From a virus (lineage: Duplodnaviria; Caudoviricetes): a stretch of 33,760 nt of DNA. The notes below the pieces were generated by a model. The model saw nothing but the letters and a program-made list of their open reading frames with translations. It was not told where the DNA came from and did no database searches. Position 1 is the stretch's first letter, and the number at the start of each line of letters is the position of its first letter. The DNA lies in IMG/VR virus record IMGVR_UViG_3300049740_000090, positions 1 through 33,760 of that record, one strand, 5' to 3'. This document shows, one piece after another, positions 1 to 9,956 of this stretch. Made by a program: the position numbers and the translations under genes.

Positions 1-1
1 G

Positions 2-3000
2 AATAGGCAGCTTGAGAGGAGGAAGGTCTTTACCTGTGAAAATCAACCAATTGTTATCTCTCTCTTCTCTTCGTCTTGCTCTGTATTCGTCTGTATCTCC
101 AACCATTAGATAATACATAGCCGTAACAAAAGTAAGCAAGGCTCCATTTGCTACAAAACTTTTTATAACTTTTCTCTGCAACTCAGGGTCGTTTCTAATA
201 CCGGCATCAAACTCTTTTGCTGAATACTGACCTGTACCAGACCTCCAAAGAACATCAAGTCCTTGTATCCTTGCGTTCATAAAAGGTATGGCAGTCGTCA
301 CAATTCTAAATATAGGACTAGCTCCTCTTCTTGAAAAGTTAATTATTTCTTTAGCTTGATAAGCTGCTTCTGCCACATCACCGGTTTCTTTTAAGACCGA
401 ATTGTAAACAGCTAACCTTGTTGCTCCATCTGATTTATATGTTTGTTGTCCTAACCAATCCCATAATTTAACAGTAGCGTCTATAGGATTGAGTGACCCA
501 TTCTTACCTAAGCCTTGAAGTCTGTATTGTTTCTTTAAGAAAGATGAAATACTCATTGCGTCATTTGAATAATCATAACCACCAAGTACACCAAATCTTT
601 CTAGTTCATACATATCAGAAGCAAAGCCTTTAGCTGTATCTAATATAGGTGTGAAGTCTGCTCCACTTGTAACGAAGGCTGACATTGTGTCTCTAAACAT
701 ATTGACCATCATAAATCCGGGGTCTCTTGTGACAGTCTCACGAAGTAATGAAGCCGGTATTGCTAAAGCTTTTAATAAAAATCCATCATCAGTTACACCT
801 ATATTATTTAAACCTTCAAGGTATGGACCAAGCTCTGCGTCTATTTCTAAAAATCTTCGGACTCCTTGTACATGAACAGGTATAACTTCTTTACCTATTC
901 TGCCTTTAACTTCATCAGGTCTAATAAATCTACCTCTACCACTCACTACAAAGTTTCTAGCTAGTTTAGATAAACCATCGTTCTTCATTCCTGCAGTAAT
1001 AATAGCAAGTTGATTTCTTAATATAGCGTCTAAGAAATCTACATCTATCTCTTTAGTACTTCCTTTAAGTTCTATACCTAATGGATTACCTGCAAGTAAT
1101 CCAGAGCCAATTCTAGGAGCAGACATTTCTCTACTAGCGTTTTCCATTTCTCTATAGAAAGGAAAGTGGTCTGCGTTTTCTCGCCATATTTGTGCAGTAC
1201 CTCTAGTTTCAATAAGCTCTCCTTCTTTAGCACGTGAGTTATATATCTTAACTGCTTTAAGTAATGCCTCTCTGTTTCCTGATTTAGCTACATCAGTAAA
1301 CCCAACTTTATTTAACTCAACTCTAAATTCATTATCACTTCTTTCTTCCTGAAGTATGCCAGAGTCTACTCCAAAATTAATTGTGTACTCATTAAACTTT
1401 TGATAGTCGTCAAATACTTTTTTTATCCATTGATAGTCTTCCCCTATTTGCAAACCATCTTGTATCTCTTGGTCAGTCAAAGGTATTTCTATAACTCTTT
1501 CTTCTGTAAATGTTCCGTCTTTCTGCTTAACATTTATTTTCTTTTCTACTAATCTACTACCTCTTCTAGCTATAAAATAAGCCTTAACTAAAGACTCAAA
1601 ATCTATACCATACTCTGCTGAGTTTTGATAAATAGGAGCAAATATTTTTATTAAATTAAGTTGGGGGTCTTTGATTGTGGCAGTCAAACCATCACGTAGA
1701 GTTACGGGTCCATCTTTCATCATAGAAGCAAGGACACCTCTAGCATTATCTACAAATCTTAAAGCTTGGATTGCTCCGGTAGAAGCACGTCTTTCAAATT
1801 CAAGTACTTGACTAGAGTCTCCTGCTAAAATCTTTACACCTGTTAATAACATTTGTTTGTTATCTATAAGATTTTGTCTGAATCTATTTATAAAAGCACG
1901 TGCACTTTCGTTTGCATTTGTAACATTATTAAGTGCATCAAAGAAACCACCTTTCTCTTTTCCTTTAGTTTTGCCTCCGGTTTTGTTTACAACATTTTCA
2001 AACTTAGAAGGTATTGTTCCTGACCCTCTCATGTATGGGTCTTCAGGTAATATATTTTCTGGCTTCAATCCATCTCTTACTTGTAATGCAGTACGTATTG
2101 CTAGTCCACTAGCATTAGGATTTATTAAAGGCACGGCTCCGGCTGTATAATTTTCTGCTTCTGCCTTTGCAAAAGCTATAGCCTCTGCATCTGCAAGTTC
2201 ATCTTTGGTAGGTTTATTAGTAGTAGTTTGTGGATTAAAAGCAGAGTTAGGCATGGCAAAATTTCTGCTTCTGCCTTGTGTTGGTACGCTTACTCCTAGT
2301 TCTTTTTGGAAACTTTGGAAGGCTCTAAGGGCAGGGAGGTAGAGATTACTGAGGAGGGCTCTCCGTATATCGGGTGCGTTGAAGGTAGAGGTGTAATCCC
2401 TAAGGTTTTCAATACCTCCTCTTGTTCCTGTTCTGTCATCTCTTGTTGGTCCGTAGCTGATGAGTTCTGATTTTTGTCCATAAGTATTTAGATTGTATCC
2501 TGTATTAGCAAACATATCACGTAAGAAGTTTATGTAAGTTTGATAAAGTTCTTTTGTATATGGCAATCCATTGAATTCTTTTTTGTCTGTGAAAGTTAAA
2601 GCATTACCTGTTGACTGTAAAACAAACTCTCCTATGTCTCCGTTAGGGTCGTTCCTCTGTATTCTTTCTTGAATAGATTTTATTTCATCAATAGTAAAGC
2701 CTTCATTATCAGGCTTTGTTAATACAGCAGCCTGTCTTTTAGCTCCTTGTGCTGTAGGGGTTGTTATCAACGTAGAGTCTAAATACAAAGCATCAGTTAA
2801 AAACTGTGCAACTCCTCTGAGTGTTGCTTCACTTGCATTAGGCATAGATAAATTAAATCCCGGAGTCAGGTATCCACCATTGTATGTTCCTGCATTAAGA
2901 GTTATTGAGTGAGGTATCTTTAAAAATTTTAAAAACTTTAATTGATTGCCTTCTGTTATCGCACGAAAAACAGAATTAAAATATTGTATTTTTTTTCTAT

Positions 3001-6000
3001 AAGGAATTAATTTAGACTCAGACCAAACACCACGTATCTCAGTTCCGGGCATAACACTTACTTCAATTACAGGAGACTGTTCTGCAATAGCTTCTTGAAA
3101 GTTTCTTTGTGTCACACTTCCATATGTGCCTTTAACATTTTGATATGCAATGTTTTGTGGCGAGTTAATCATTCTATCTGTTAATGGAGTAGCAGTATCA
3201 AACTTACCTTCCCTTTGCATTTCTTGTATTTCAGCTATTTGTTCTTGTGCTGCTGCTTCTGCTGAAGCATAACTACCTTCATTAGTAGGATTAGTTCCTC
3301 CTTCATATCTTTGCAATCCCCACAACATAGCTTGGATTTCTGATGGCTCTTGATATTTTCTACGCACTCCATTGACGTTATAAACTTCTGTGCTTAACAA
3401 TCTCATTAAATCATTTTGAAATTGATACTCGATAGCAGTAGGACTCTCTTGATTTTTTTCTGGTTTGTTTGGGTCTATCATTCCAAACTGCCTTCTCATA
3501 TGAATGTCGTTAACTGTAAACGGAGTAAACCTACCCTGACTTGCTTCAAATATTTGATTAGCATAAAAAGCTGTCTTAGCTCCTGTATCTTTATTCTGAA
3601 ATAAACCTGTCTTATAAAACTCTTGTATTTGTTTTAATCGAGTTGGATTTTTCATACCAACATTTTTTTTTGCTATAGCATTTATAAATCTTTTAGGACT
3701 TTTAATAGGGTCTATCTTCCTAGCAATTATCATTGTATTTAAAGTATCTTGATAATTTTTTTCAGGAGTTTGTTGTGCAGATGTTATTCCAAAGACAGCA
3801 CTAAACTCTGTCATGTTTGCGTCACCAATTAATAAAGGAACTTTTTGTGCCCATCTTGTATACCATAAATGGTCATATCCCATACGTGCAGCTTCAGCAA
3901 CTTTCTTTTTTAATTCTTTATATGAAGGTATAGGTAAAAACTTTCTAGACTGTGGAGCAAACTGTTTGAATATACTTCTCATTTCTGCAGAAGATATATC
4001 TCCTTTTTGTACCAAAGTATTTTCAAGCTCCTCAAATATAGCTGAACGATTTATCTCATCTTCGCTTACAACTTCTCGCATTTGTGGGTCAGGATTCTCT
4101 CCGGCTAAAATATCTTGAGCAGAAGGTCTGCCTTGAGTCCCACCTTCTGTCGGCTCTTCTACTTCAACTGCAGCTTGTAAAAATCTAGACTGATTACTTG
4201 CTGTCATACGCAAGTTTCTTTTTACACCTCTTTCTCTACTGCCTATTTCTCCTGACGCAATCCTTTCTAATAAAACAGTAGGACTACCAAACTCAGAAGC
4301 ATTTATTGAAAATAAAAACTCTTGTAAAAAATTTAATATTCTTTCAATTAAACTTCTAGGCTTACCAATAATTCCTTTTGGATTTTTTCTGTAAAGTCTA
4401 AACAATTCTGCTACAAGTTCTTCTTCAAAACCTCTAGCTGTTATACCACCGGATTGACCTAGTCCATATGATTTAGCCATCTCTTGTTGCATATCTGAAG
4501 GCAAAGCTTTTTTTGCATATCTAACAAGATTTAAAAACTCATCTTCAGTTATTAAATCTAATTGCATCATAGCGTGTATAGCTTCGTGGTCTATTCTGCC
4601 ACTCAAAGCGTCTATTAACTCTGCTTCAGATAGTTGATTGTTAGGGTCGATACTTTCTAGTTTTAATAAGATAGTATTCAAAGCTCTGTCATATAAACCC
4701 ACAGCTTCTTTATCAATCAAACTCATTTTGTCATTACGATTTGGGTCGGCAACGTAAACCAATCTTCCTGTGCCATCACGTTTTATGTTTTGTGAACTAT
4801 TTAGAAAGTTTGTAACTCTAAGTGCTATATCTTTAAGACCTAATTTGTTTAATCTACCTTGCAATTCTTTTGCAAGATTAGGCATAGACTCATTTGTAAT
4901 AGGTGCAGGTAATAGGGGTATATCAAATTGTTCTTCAGTCATACCTAGGTCAGCTATTTGTTCAGCAGTTAAAACAGTAGATATTCTAGCTTTGTAATCT
5001 TCTACAGTTTCTCCTTCTTTTCTAGAAGCCTTAGACATTTCATCTGTTTTAAATTGACTGTTGCCTAATGTTTTGCCTTTTACTTTTTTTAGTCTGCCAC
5101 TATTAATTAAATCTTCTTTAAACTGCCTTATATTTTGTTGACTCTTTTTTATATTTTGATTATCAAAAAATGTTTTTATATCATTTTCAGTTATAGATTT
5201 ACCTGTAGCCAAACCAAACAGCTCGTAAAAAGAATTCATTTGCTGTGCTGTATAAGTTCTAGGAGTTAACAAAGGTAATTTAGTTTTTACATCTAACCTA
5301 GGCATACCATATATACGACTTAACAAGACCATCTTCTGTCCTTTGTTCATCTTGTTGTAATTTTTTTCGCCTGTTAGTTGTTCTGCAAAATACTGAAACT
5401 CTTTACTGTTTATTTTAGCCTCAAGATTTTTACTTTTAAGTGCTTCGTATATTGCTTGTCTGCTTGTGTCTTGAAATTTGTTAGGAGAAAAATTATATCT
5501 TTGTATACCTGCTCCTCTTGGATTTAAGCCAGAAGCTATCCTATCTCCTGTCCTTCTATTTCTTCTGCCCTTAGGTAAATATGCTCCTTCTTTTTCTGAA
5601 TACTTATAAATGATGTTTGCTTTTTCCATCATCAATTGATTAAAGTCATCAGGCTTTAGAATTTTTTGAGCTTCTTGATAAGTGTAAAAATTCTTACGAG
5701 GCAATCCAACTTGTTCAGCTCTATCTTGTAAAAGTTCTACCAAACTTTTTTGTTCATCAGTTTGTGTTTCAGAAGTAATTTGTTTAAGAGGAGATATATC
5801 TAAAGCTCCTTCTGTGCTGTCTAAAGTGCCCGGTGTATCTAACTGTTTGTATCTTAAGTCTGGCTGACCACTTTTAGTAAGTCTTGTTTTACCTGCCTTT
5901 CTATCTCTTAATTGTTTAGCTTTAAGTTTCTCAGCTTGTTTGTTTAATTTTTCTAATTTTTTAGCTTGTTGTTGTCTTGTTTCATTTATTCTTGAGTCCA

Positions 6001-7504
6001 TTACAGACAAAGTTCTAACATCAACTACATTAAATAAAGGCGATAGAACTCTTTTACCCAAACTTTTTAGAGAGCCACTTTCTTTTAGACCTCCAATATC
6101 TAATACATTGTCAATTGCATCATTAACAAATTTTGTTCTATTTATTTTTTTTTGTTCTACTGCAGATAATGCAGCCTCGTTTATTGTAGCTATTGGGTCA
6201 AGGTCAAATTTTTGTATACGCTCACCTTGTTCATCTAAAAGAGGATTTCCATTAGCATCTTCTTGAAAACCTGAAGCAACTTCAACCTTATGTGTGCTGT
6301 ATATTTTTCCTGTATCTACGCCAACAACAAGTACAGTATCATCTTCTTGTCTTTCTATTTTAAGTTCTTCAATAACTTGTAATTCTTTTTTTACTTCTGG
6401 TTGTTTTGTTTCTTCGTATTCTTCAAATAAATCTTCTTCACGAACTATTGCAGGACCTGTAGTTTGTATCTCTTCATCTAGTTCTTTTCTTTTTTCAAAA
6501 ATTTCTTTTTCGTTGCTTTCTTCTACAGCTTCAGTTTCTAAATCGAGTGCATACTTATTTGCAATAGGTCGTCTACCTACAAAACCTCTTATTAATAAAT
6601 CAGCTATTGCTCCTGTACCACCACCTACAGTAAAGTCGTCATACATACTTTCACCAATAGGGACTTCATCACTATAAACTCCACGTGCTACAGCGTCTTG
6701 TGCAATACTTGCCATAGTTTCTTGAATAGCTTCTGCAGTACCTGTAGTTAATGCTGACCTTATACGAGCAGCTACATCTAACACCTCTCCATCAGCTTTA
6801 GTAATTTTTCTTAAAAGTCTGTCAGGTGCATATAGTTCTGAAAGACCTATTAAACCACCTGCAGTTTCTGCTAAAAATTCTTGGAATGGACTAACCTCTT
6901 CCCCTAAAACTCTAGCTTGTTCTAATCTATCTCCTTGTCCAGATACACCTAATGGTACAGCTAATGAAGCACTAGCAATTAAAGGCTGTCTTTGTACAGA
7001 CCTTATCATTTTATCTATAGCATCTCGTTGTGTTTGAGTTCTTGCTCCCTGCTTAACTTTGGCTAGTCTTTCTAATTTTTGTTGTGTTCCAAAAACTTTT
7101 GATGCACCAAAACCCGGAACAAAGAAAGAAGCAAAACTACCTAAACCCTGTCCTAATTTAGTAGTATATAAATCTTCATAGCCTTCTTCTGTTGGTAGCA
7201 AAGTTTCATTTAGATATCTTTGCATACCCCTTAGTCCATCACCTATAGCACTATCATTGCCACTATCAAAGTAATTAACTAAACCTTCTGCACCACCAAG
7301 TATCCCTCCACCAACGCCTTTTACAAAACCTTTGCTAGTTTCACGTACTCTGCCAGAAATCGTTGGGTCTATTTCTTCTTTGTATGGAGAATAATAATCT
7401 GGATATTGTTCTGCTAAAAAGTTTTGCAAATCAATTGCATATTCTCTAGAAGGATTATCTTCTATCTGAATATATTTTCCATCTGGCAAATTAAATCTTT
7501 GCAT
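2..7504 (-). CDS. Giant internal virion/ejection protein of large polyvalent protein type (>2500 aa, 3' end beyond window): zincin metallopeptidase, HhH-glycosylase-like domain, LPD38-type C-terminal region
   Basis: ATG at 7504 (MQRFNLPDGKYIQIED). Motifs checked at 4588 (HEAIH), 3865 (WY), 3322 (QAMLW) and 340 (NFSRRG) are all in the same frame. Absent from the ORF track, consistent with no stop before the window edge. Last and largest gene of the ejection block. Confidence 0.85.
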   Translation of the reverse strand, partial: MQRFNLPDGKYIQIEDNPSREYAIDLQNFLAEQYPDYYSPYKEEIDPTISGRVRETSKGFVKGVGGGILGGAEGLVNYFDSGNDSAIGDGLRGMQRYLNETLLPTEEGYEDLYTTKLGQGLGSFASFFVPGFGASKVFGTQQKLERLAKVKQGARTQTQRDAIDKMIRSVQRQPLIASASLAVPLGVSGQGDRLEQARVLGEEVSPFQEFLAETAGGLIGLSELYAPDRLLRKITKADGEVLDVAARIRSALTTGTAEAIQETMASIAQDAVARGVYSDEVPIGESMYDDFTVGGGTGAIADLLIRGFVGRRPIANKYALDLETEAVEESNEKEIFEKRKELDEEIQTTGPAIVREEDLFEEYEETKQPEVKKELQVIEELKIERQEDDTVLVVGVDTGKIYSTHKVEVASGFQEDANGNPLLDEQGERIQKFDLDPIATINEAALSAVEQKKINRTKFVNDAIDNVLDIGGLKESGSLKSLGKRVLSPLFNVVDVRTLSVMDSRINETRQQQAKKLEKLNKQAEKLKAKQLRDRKAGKTRLTKSGQPDLRYKQLDTPGTLDSTEGALDISPLKQITSETQTDEQKSLVELLQDRAEQVGLPRKNFYTYQEAQKILKPDDFNQLMMEKANIIYKYSEKEGAYLPKGRRNRRTGDRIASGLNPRGAGIQRYNFSPNKFQDTSRQAIYEALKSKNLEAKINSKEFQYFAEQLTGEKNYNKMNKGQKMVLLSRIYGMPRLDVKTKLPLLTPRTYTAQQMNSFYELFGLATGKSITENDIKTFFDNQNIKKSQQNIRQFKEDLINSGRLKKVKGKTLGNSQFKTDEMSKASRKEGETVEDYKARISTVLTAEQIADLGMTEEQFDIPLLPAPITNESMPNLAKELQGRLNKLGLKDIALRVTNFLNSSQNIKRDGTGRLVYVADPNRNDKMSLIDKEAVGLYDRALNTILLKLESIDPNNQLSEAELIDALSGRIDHEAIHAMMQLDLITEDEFLNLVRYAKKALPSDMQQEMAKSYGLGQSGGITARGFEEELVAELFRLYRKNPKGIIGKPRSLIERILNFLQEFLFSINASEFGSPTVLLERIASGEIGSRERGVKRNLRMTASNQSRFLQAAVEVEEPTEGGTQGRPSAQDILAGENPDPQMREVVSEDEINRSAIFEELENTLVQKGDISSAEMRSIFKQFAPQSRKFLPIPSYKELKKKVAEAARMGYDHLWYTRWAQKVPLLIGDANMTEFSAVFGITSAQQTPEKNYQDTLNTMIIARKIDPIKSPKRFINAIAKKNVGMKNPTRLKQIQEFYKTGLFQNKDTGAKTAFYANQIFEASQGRFTPFTVNDIHMRRQFGMIDPNKPEKNQESPTAIEYQFQNDLMRLLSTEVYNVNGVRRKYQEPSEIQAMLWGLQRYEGGTNPTNEGSYASAEAAAQEQIAEIQEMQREGKFDTATPLTDRMINSPQNIAYQNVKGTYGSVTQRNFQEAIAEQSPVIEVSVMPGTEIRGVWSESKLIPYRKKIQYFNSVFRAITEGNQLKFLKFLKIPHSITLNAGTYNGGYLTPGFNLSMPNASEATLRGVAQFLTDALYLDSTLITTPTAQGAKRQAAVLTKPDNEGFTIDEIKSIQERIQRNDPNGDIGEFVLQSTGNALTFTDKKEFNGLPYTKELYQTYINFLRDMFANTGYNLNTYGQKSELISYGPTRDDRTGTRGGIENLRDYTSTFNAPDIRRALLSNLYLPALRAFQSFQKELGVSVPTQGRSRNFAMPNSAFNPQTTTNKPTKDELADAEAIAFAKAEAENYTAGAVPLINPNASGLAIRTALQVRDGLKPENILPEDPYMRGSGTIPSKFENVVNKTGGKTKGKEKGGFFDALNNVTNANESARAFINRFRQNLIDNKQMLLTGVKILAGDSSQVLEFERRASTGAIQALRFVDNARGVLASMMKDGPVTLRDGLTATIKDPQLNLIKIFAPIYQNSAEYGIDFESLVKAYFIARRGSRLVEKKINVKQKDGTFTEERVIEIPLTDQEIQDGLQIGEDYQWIKKVFDDYQKFNEYTINFGVDSGILQEERSDNEFRVELNKVGFTDVAKSGNREALLKAVKIYNSRAKEGELIETRGTAQIWRENADHFPFYREMENASREMSAPRIGSGLLAGNPLGIELKGSTKEIDVDFLDAILRNQLAIITAGMKNDGLSKLARNFVVSGRGRFIRPDEVKGRIGKEVIPVHVQGVRRFLEIDAELGPYLEGLNNIGVTDDGFLLKALAIPASLLRETVTRDPGFMMVNMFRDTMSAFVTSGADFTPILDTAKGFASDMYELERFGVLGGYDYSNDAMSISSFLKKQYRLQGLGKNGSLNPIDATVKLWDWLGQQTYKSDGATRLAVYNSVLKETGDVAEAAYQAKEIINFSRRGASPIFRIVTTAIPFMNARIQGLDVLWRSGTGQYSAKEFDAGIRNDPELQRKVIKSFVANGALLTFVTAMYYLMVGDTDEYRARRREERDNNWLIFTGKDLPPLKLPI
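2296..2481 (-). CDS. Possible nested small protein (61 aa) in an alternative frame inside the giant gene
   Basis: ATG-initiated ORF, same strand, different frame. Acidic helix followed by LGITPLPSTHPIYGEPSS. TACAAT ends 10 nt upstream of the ATG. Confidence 0.3.
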   Translation of the reverse strand: MDKNQNSSATDQQEMTEQEQEEVLKTLGITPLPSTHPIYGEPSSVISTSLPLEPSKVSKKN

Positions 7505-7506
7505 AT

Positions 7507-8919
7507 TTATTTAGTTGATGGAAGTTTAGAAGGAATTGTAATTCCAAACCTTCTTTCAATTTCTCGTGTTAACTGTTCTTTAACTTCAGGAGTCATAGTC
7601 GCAAAATTATTTGTTAAATAATTAACCATTGTATTTAATTGGTCTTGACCAATAGATTTTTGTTTAAGGTCATTACTTTCTAATCTAGCTTGTATATCTT
7701 GTAAGCTTGAAAGAAGTTGTATTTCACTAATAACATCTGCACGTCCAGATTTAGCAAGTTCTATATCTTCTGCTCTATTAGCACGAGTCTGACCTATTAC
7801 TGCTGATGTAGCGTCAGCTAATCCCTGACCTATGCCAGATAAATCTGTAGCACTACCTATTTGTTTTGCAAGAGTAGAAAAAATTAAAGCGTCTTTTTCA
7901 GAATCTCTTTGTTCTTTAGTTGGTGCTTCAATAGCCGTAGGTGGTAAACCAAGTGTTCCCATTTGACTTCTTATAATTTCTGATAAATCTTTGTTAGAAG
8001 AATTAGGAGGTGGTTGTGTATCTCCTTCTTTTATTACAAATTTATCTTTGCCATCAGCATCACCTGCATTGCCATCAGTATCAAGAGGAGGATTAGGTGT
8101 TGCATTTTCATCAGAGCCTCCTAATAAATAATTTGCTCCTAAAAATCCTAGTCCATATGTTCTAGGATTTTTAAGAAGACTTCCTTCGGGACCTTTTAAA
8201 AATTTAGGAATTTTAATATTTTTTAATAAAGGCAAAGCACCTCTTAAACCTCCTAATATTCTGCCACCAAATTGAGTCGCAGGTGTAGGAACAACAGTTA
8301 AAGCTGTTGCTGCAGCTAATAAACTTCCATCAATACCATCATATATAGCTCTTGAAGTATCAAAGCTACCATCTGGTTTTCTGTATTTATTAGCTATACT
8401 TTCTATTAATCCGGGGGAAGGTTGTTCAAGTGGACCACCCATGTTATAACCGGTCAGACCTCCTTCATTCATAGCAATAGCTCTAACAAATTGCTTTAAT
8501 CCACCAGACTGCCTTAATGCTTCCAAACCATCGAGTTCATTGCCTTCTTCGTCATAGATTATTGGTCCGGTATATCTCATTTGACCACCACCTAAGTAGC
8601 CACCGGCAGCCATACCGGAGGCAGGTATTCCTCTATCCTCATATACAGTTTGGGAGGAGGGGGGGAGAGGAATATCTGTTGACATTCCTTGAGGCATACC
8701 TGCCAAGCCTTGTGGTTGTGCAAACTCTGATACTACTTCCTGTGCAATAGTAGTATTAGGTTTAGATTGTACCACCATGTTCTCTAATTGTGTTCTTCTT
8801 TGTATTTCAGACAACACTAAATAAGGAGGATATTTCATATCTCCTTGTTCCATCATGCGTACTAAATCTTGTTTAGGCACATATTCTAATTCTTCTGCTG
8901 CTTGTACTAAGTTTGACAT
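7507..8919 (-). CDS. Internal virion / DNA ejection protein (positional analogue of P22 gp20)
   Basis: 470 aa, helical, Gly/Ala-rich hydrophobic segments, several aromatic/Met-x-x-GG motifs. Lies between the pilot-like gene and the giant gene; TAATG coupling. Confidence 0.6.
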   Translation of the reverse strand: MSNLVQAAEELEYVPKQDLVRMMEQGDMKYPPYLVLSEIQRRTQLENMVVQSKPNTTIAQEVVSEFAQPQGLAGMPQGMSTDIPLPPSSQTVYEDRGIPASGMAAGGYLGGGQMRYTGPIIYDEEGNELDGLEALRQSGGLKQFVRAIAMNEGGLTGYNMGGPLEQPSPGLIESIANKYRKPDGSFDTSRAIYDGIDGSLLAAATALTVVPTPATQFGGRILGGLRGALPLLKNIKIPKFLKGPEGSLLKNPRTYGLGFLGANYLLGGSDENATPNPPLDTDGNAGDADGKDKFVIKEGDTQPPPNSSNKDLSEIIRSQMGTLGLPPTAIEAPTKEQRDSEKDALIFSTLAKQIGSATDLSGIGQGLADATSAVIGQTRANRAEDIELAKSGRADVISEIQLLSSLQDIQARLESNDLKQKSIGQDQLNTMVNYLTNNFATMTPEVKEQLTREIERRFGITIPSKLPSTK

Positions 8920-9956
8920 TATGCTGTACCTCTTCCTTGTGTAGCTCTATACAAACCAAGACCACCTAATCCTGCAGATAAAGCAGATTGGAAAAGTCCG
9001 GGTTGTTGTGTATACGTACTAACTGATTGGTCGGGTTTAATAGGAACACCTTGTAATACAGAACTTAAATAGTTAAGTTGGTCTTTAGTGTAATCTCTTT
9101 GACGAGTAAAATCATCATAACCAATATCTAAACCTGCTTGACGCATAGCTCTTTCTTGTTCACCAAGTGAAGCCAATGAAGCTATTCTTCTTAAAGCATC
9201 ATCTTGAATTGTACTACCTACATCAGTCAGTAACTGTTGTTGTTGTAATCCTAATTTACCTGCACCTTGGTCAACTAGCGATGCTTTTTGTGCAAGTTCT
9301 TCTTGTTTCATACCTAACTGTTCAAACAATTGTTGCTCTGCTAAACCGGTTTGTCTTTCTGACTGTAATTGTTTCATAGCATTTTGGAAAGCTAAGTTAC
9401 TACCTTTAAGTTGTATATCATCTAGTCTTTGACCTAATCCTCTTTCACGTTCAGCTTGTAAGATTGCTTCTCGATAACCACCTAATCCACCAGACTGTGC
9501 AGCTTTAGACTCTATTTGATTAGCTAAAATTTCTGAGTCTCTTCTTGCCTCTCGTTTAGCAATGTCTGTTACACCTTGTTGAAAAGGATTAGTAAATCTA
9601 TTTACACCTTCTTCAAAAGATACTCTTTGATATGGGTCAACAGAAAATCTTCTGTCATACATAGAGTCTCCTCTTTGAAAAGCAGTTGGGTCCATTGCAG
9701 ATAAATTTTGTGCAGCTTGATTATATAAATCAGGCGTTCCTTGTGTAGCAAACCCTCTTGTCATAGCTTGTGCTAATCCTTCGTCTTCACCAAATCCTGC
9801 TAATCTTTGTCCTCCGTAAGGAGTGTATCCTTGTAAACTTTCGCCTTCAGCTCTACCTAATAGCCTAGTAAAATAAGGCTCTGCATAAGAGGGCAGTTTA
9901 GTTTGTACAATCTCTTGTTTGGCAGGAGTACCACCACCACCTTTAAATCTTCTCAT
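8919..9956 (-). CDS. DNA pilot/ejection protein (positional analogue of P22 gp7)
   Basis: 345 aa, N-terminal MRRFKGGGG, Gln/Ala-rich helical body, GGLGGYR motif, C-terminal Gly-rich hydrophobic tail (ALSAGLGGLGLY). Confidence 0.65.
   Translation of the reverse strand: MRRFKGGGGTPAKQEIVQTKLPSYAEPYFTRLLGRAEGESLQGYTPYGGQRLAGFGEDEGLAQAMTRGFATQGTPDLYNQAAQNLSAMDPTAFQRGDSMYDRRFSVDPYQRVSFEEGVNRFTNPFQQGVTDIAKREARRDSEILANQIESKAAQSGGLGGYREAILQAERERGLGQRLDDIQLKGSNLAFQNAMKQLQSERQTGLAEQQLFEQLGMKQEELAQKASLVDQGAGKLGLQQQQLLTDVGSTIQDDALRRIASLASLGEQERAMRQAGLDIGYDDFTRQRDYTKDQLNYLSSVLQGVPIKPDQSVSTYTQQPGLFQSALSAGLGGLGLYRATQGRGTA

Noticed and set aside
6145-6153. A9 runs on the coding strand (also 29809-29817) as frameshift sites
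   Set aside because: Expected from Lys codons in AT-rich DNA; no stimulatory structure or useful alternative frame seen.
8652-8670. G-rich run (G7) as a G-quadruplex or phase-variation site
   Set aside because: Explained by Pro/Ser codons (PLPPSS); marginal G-tracts; reading frame intact.
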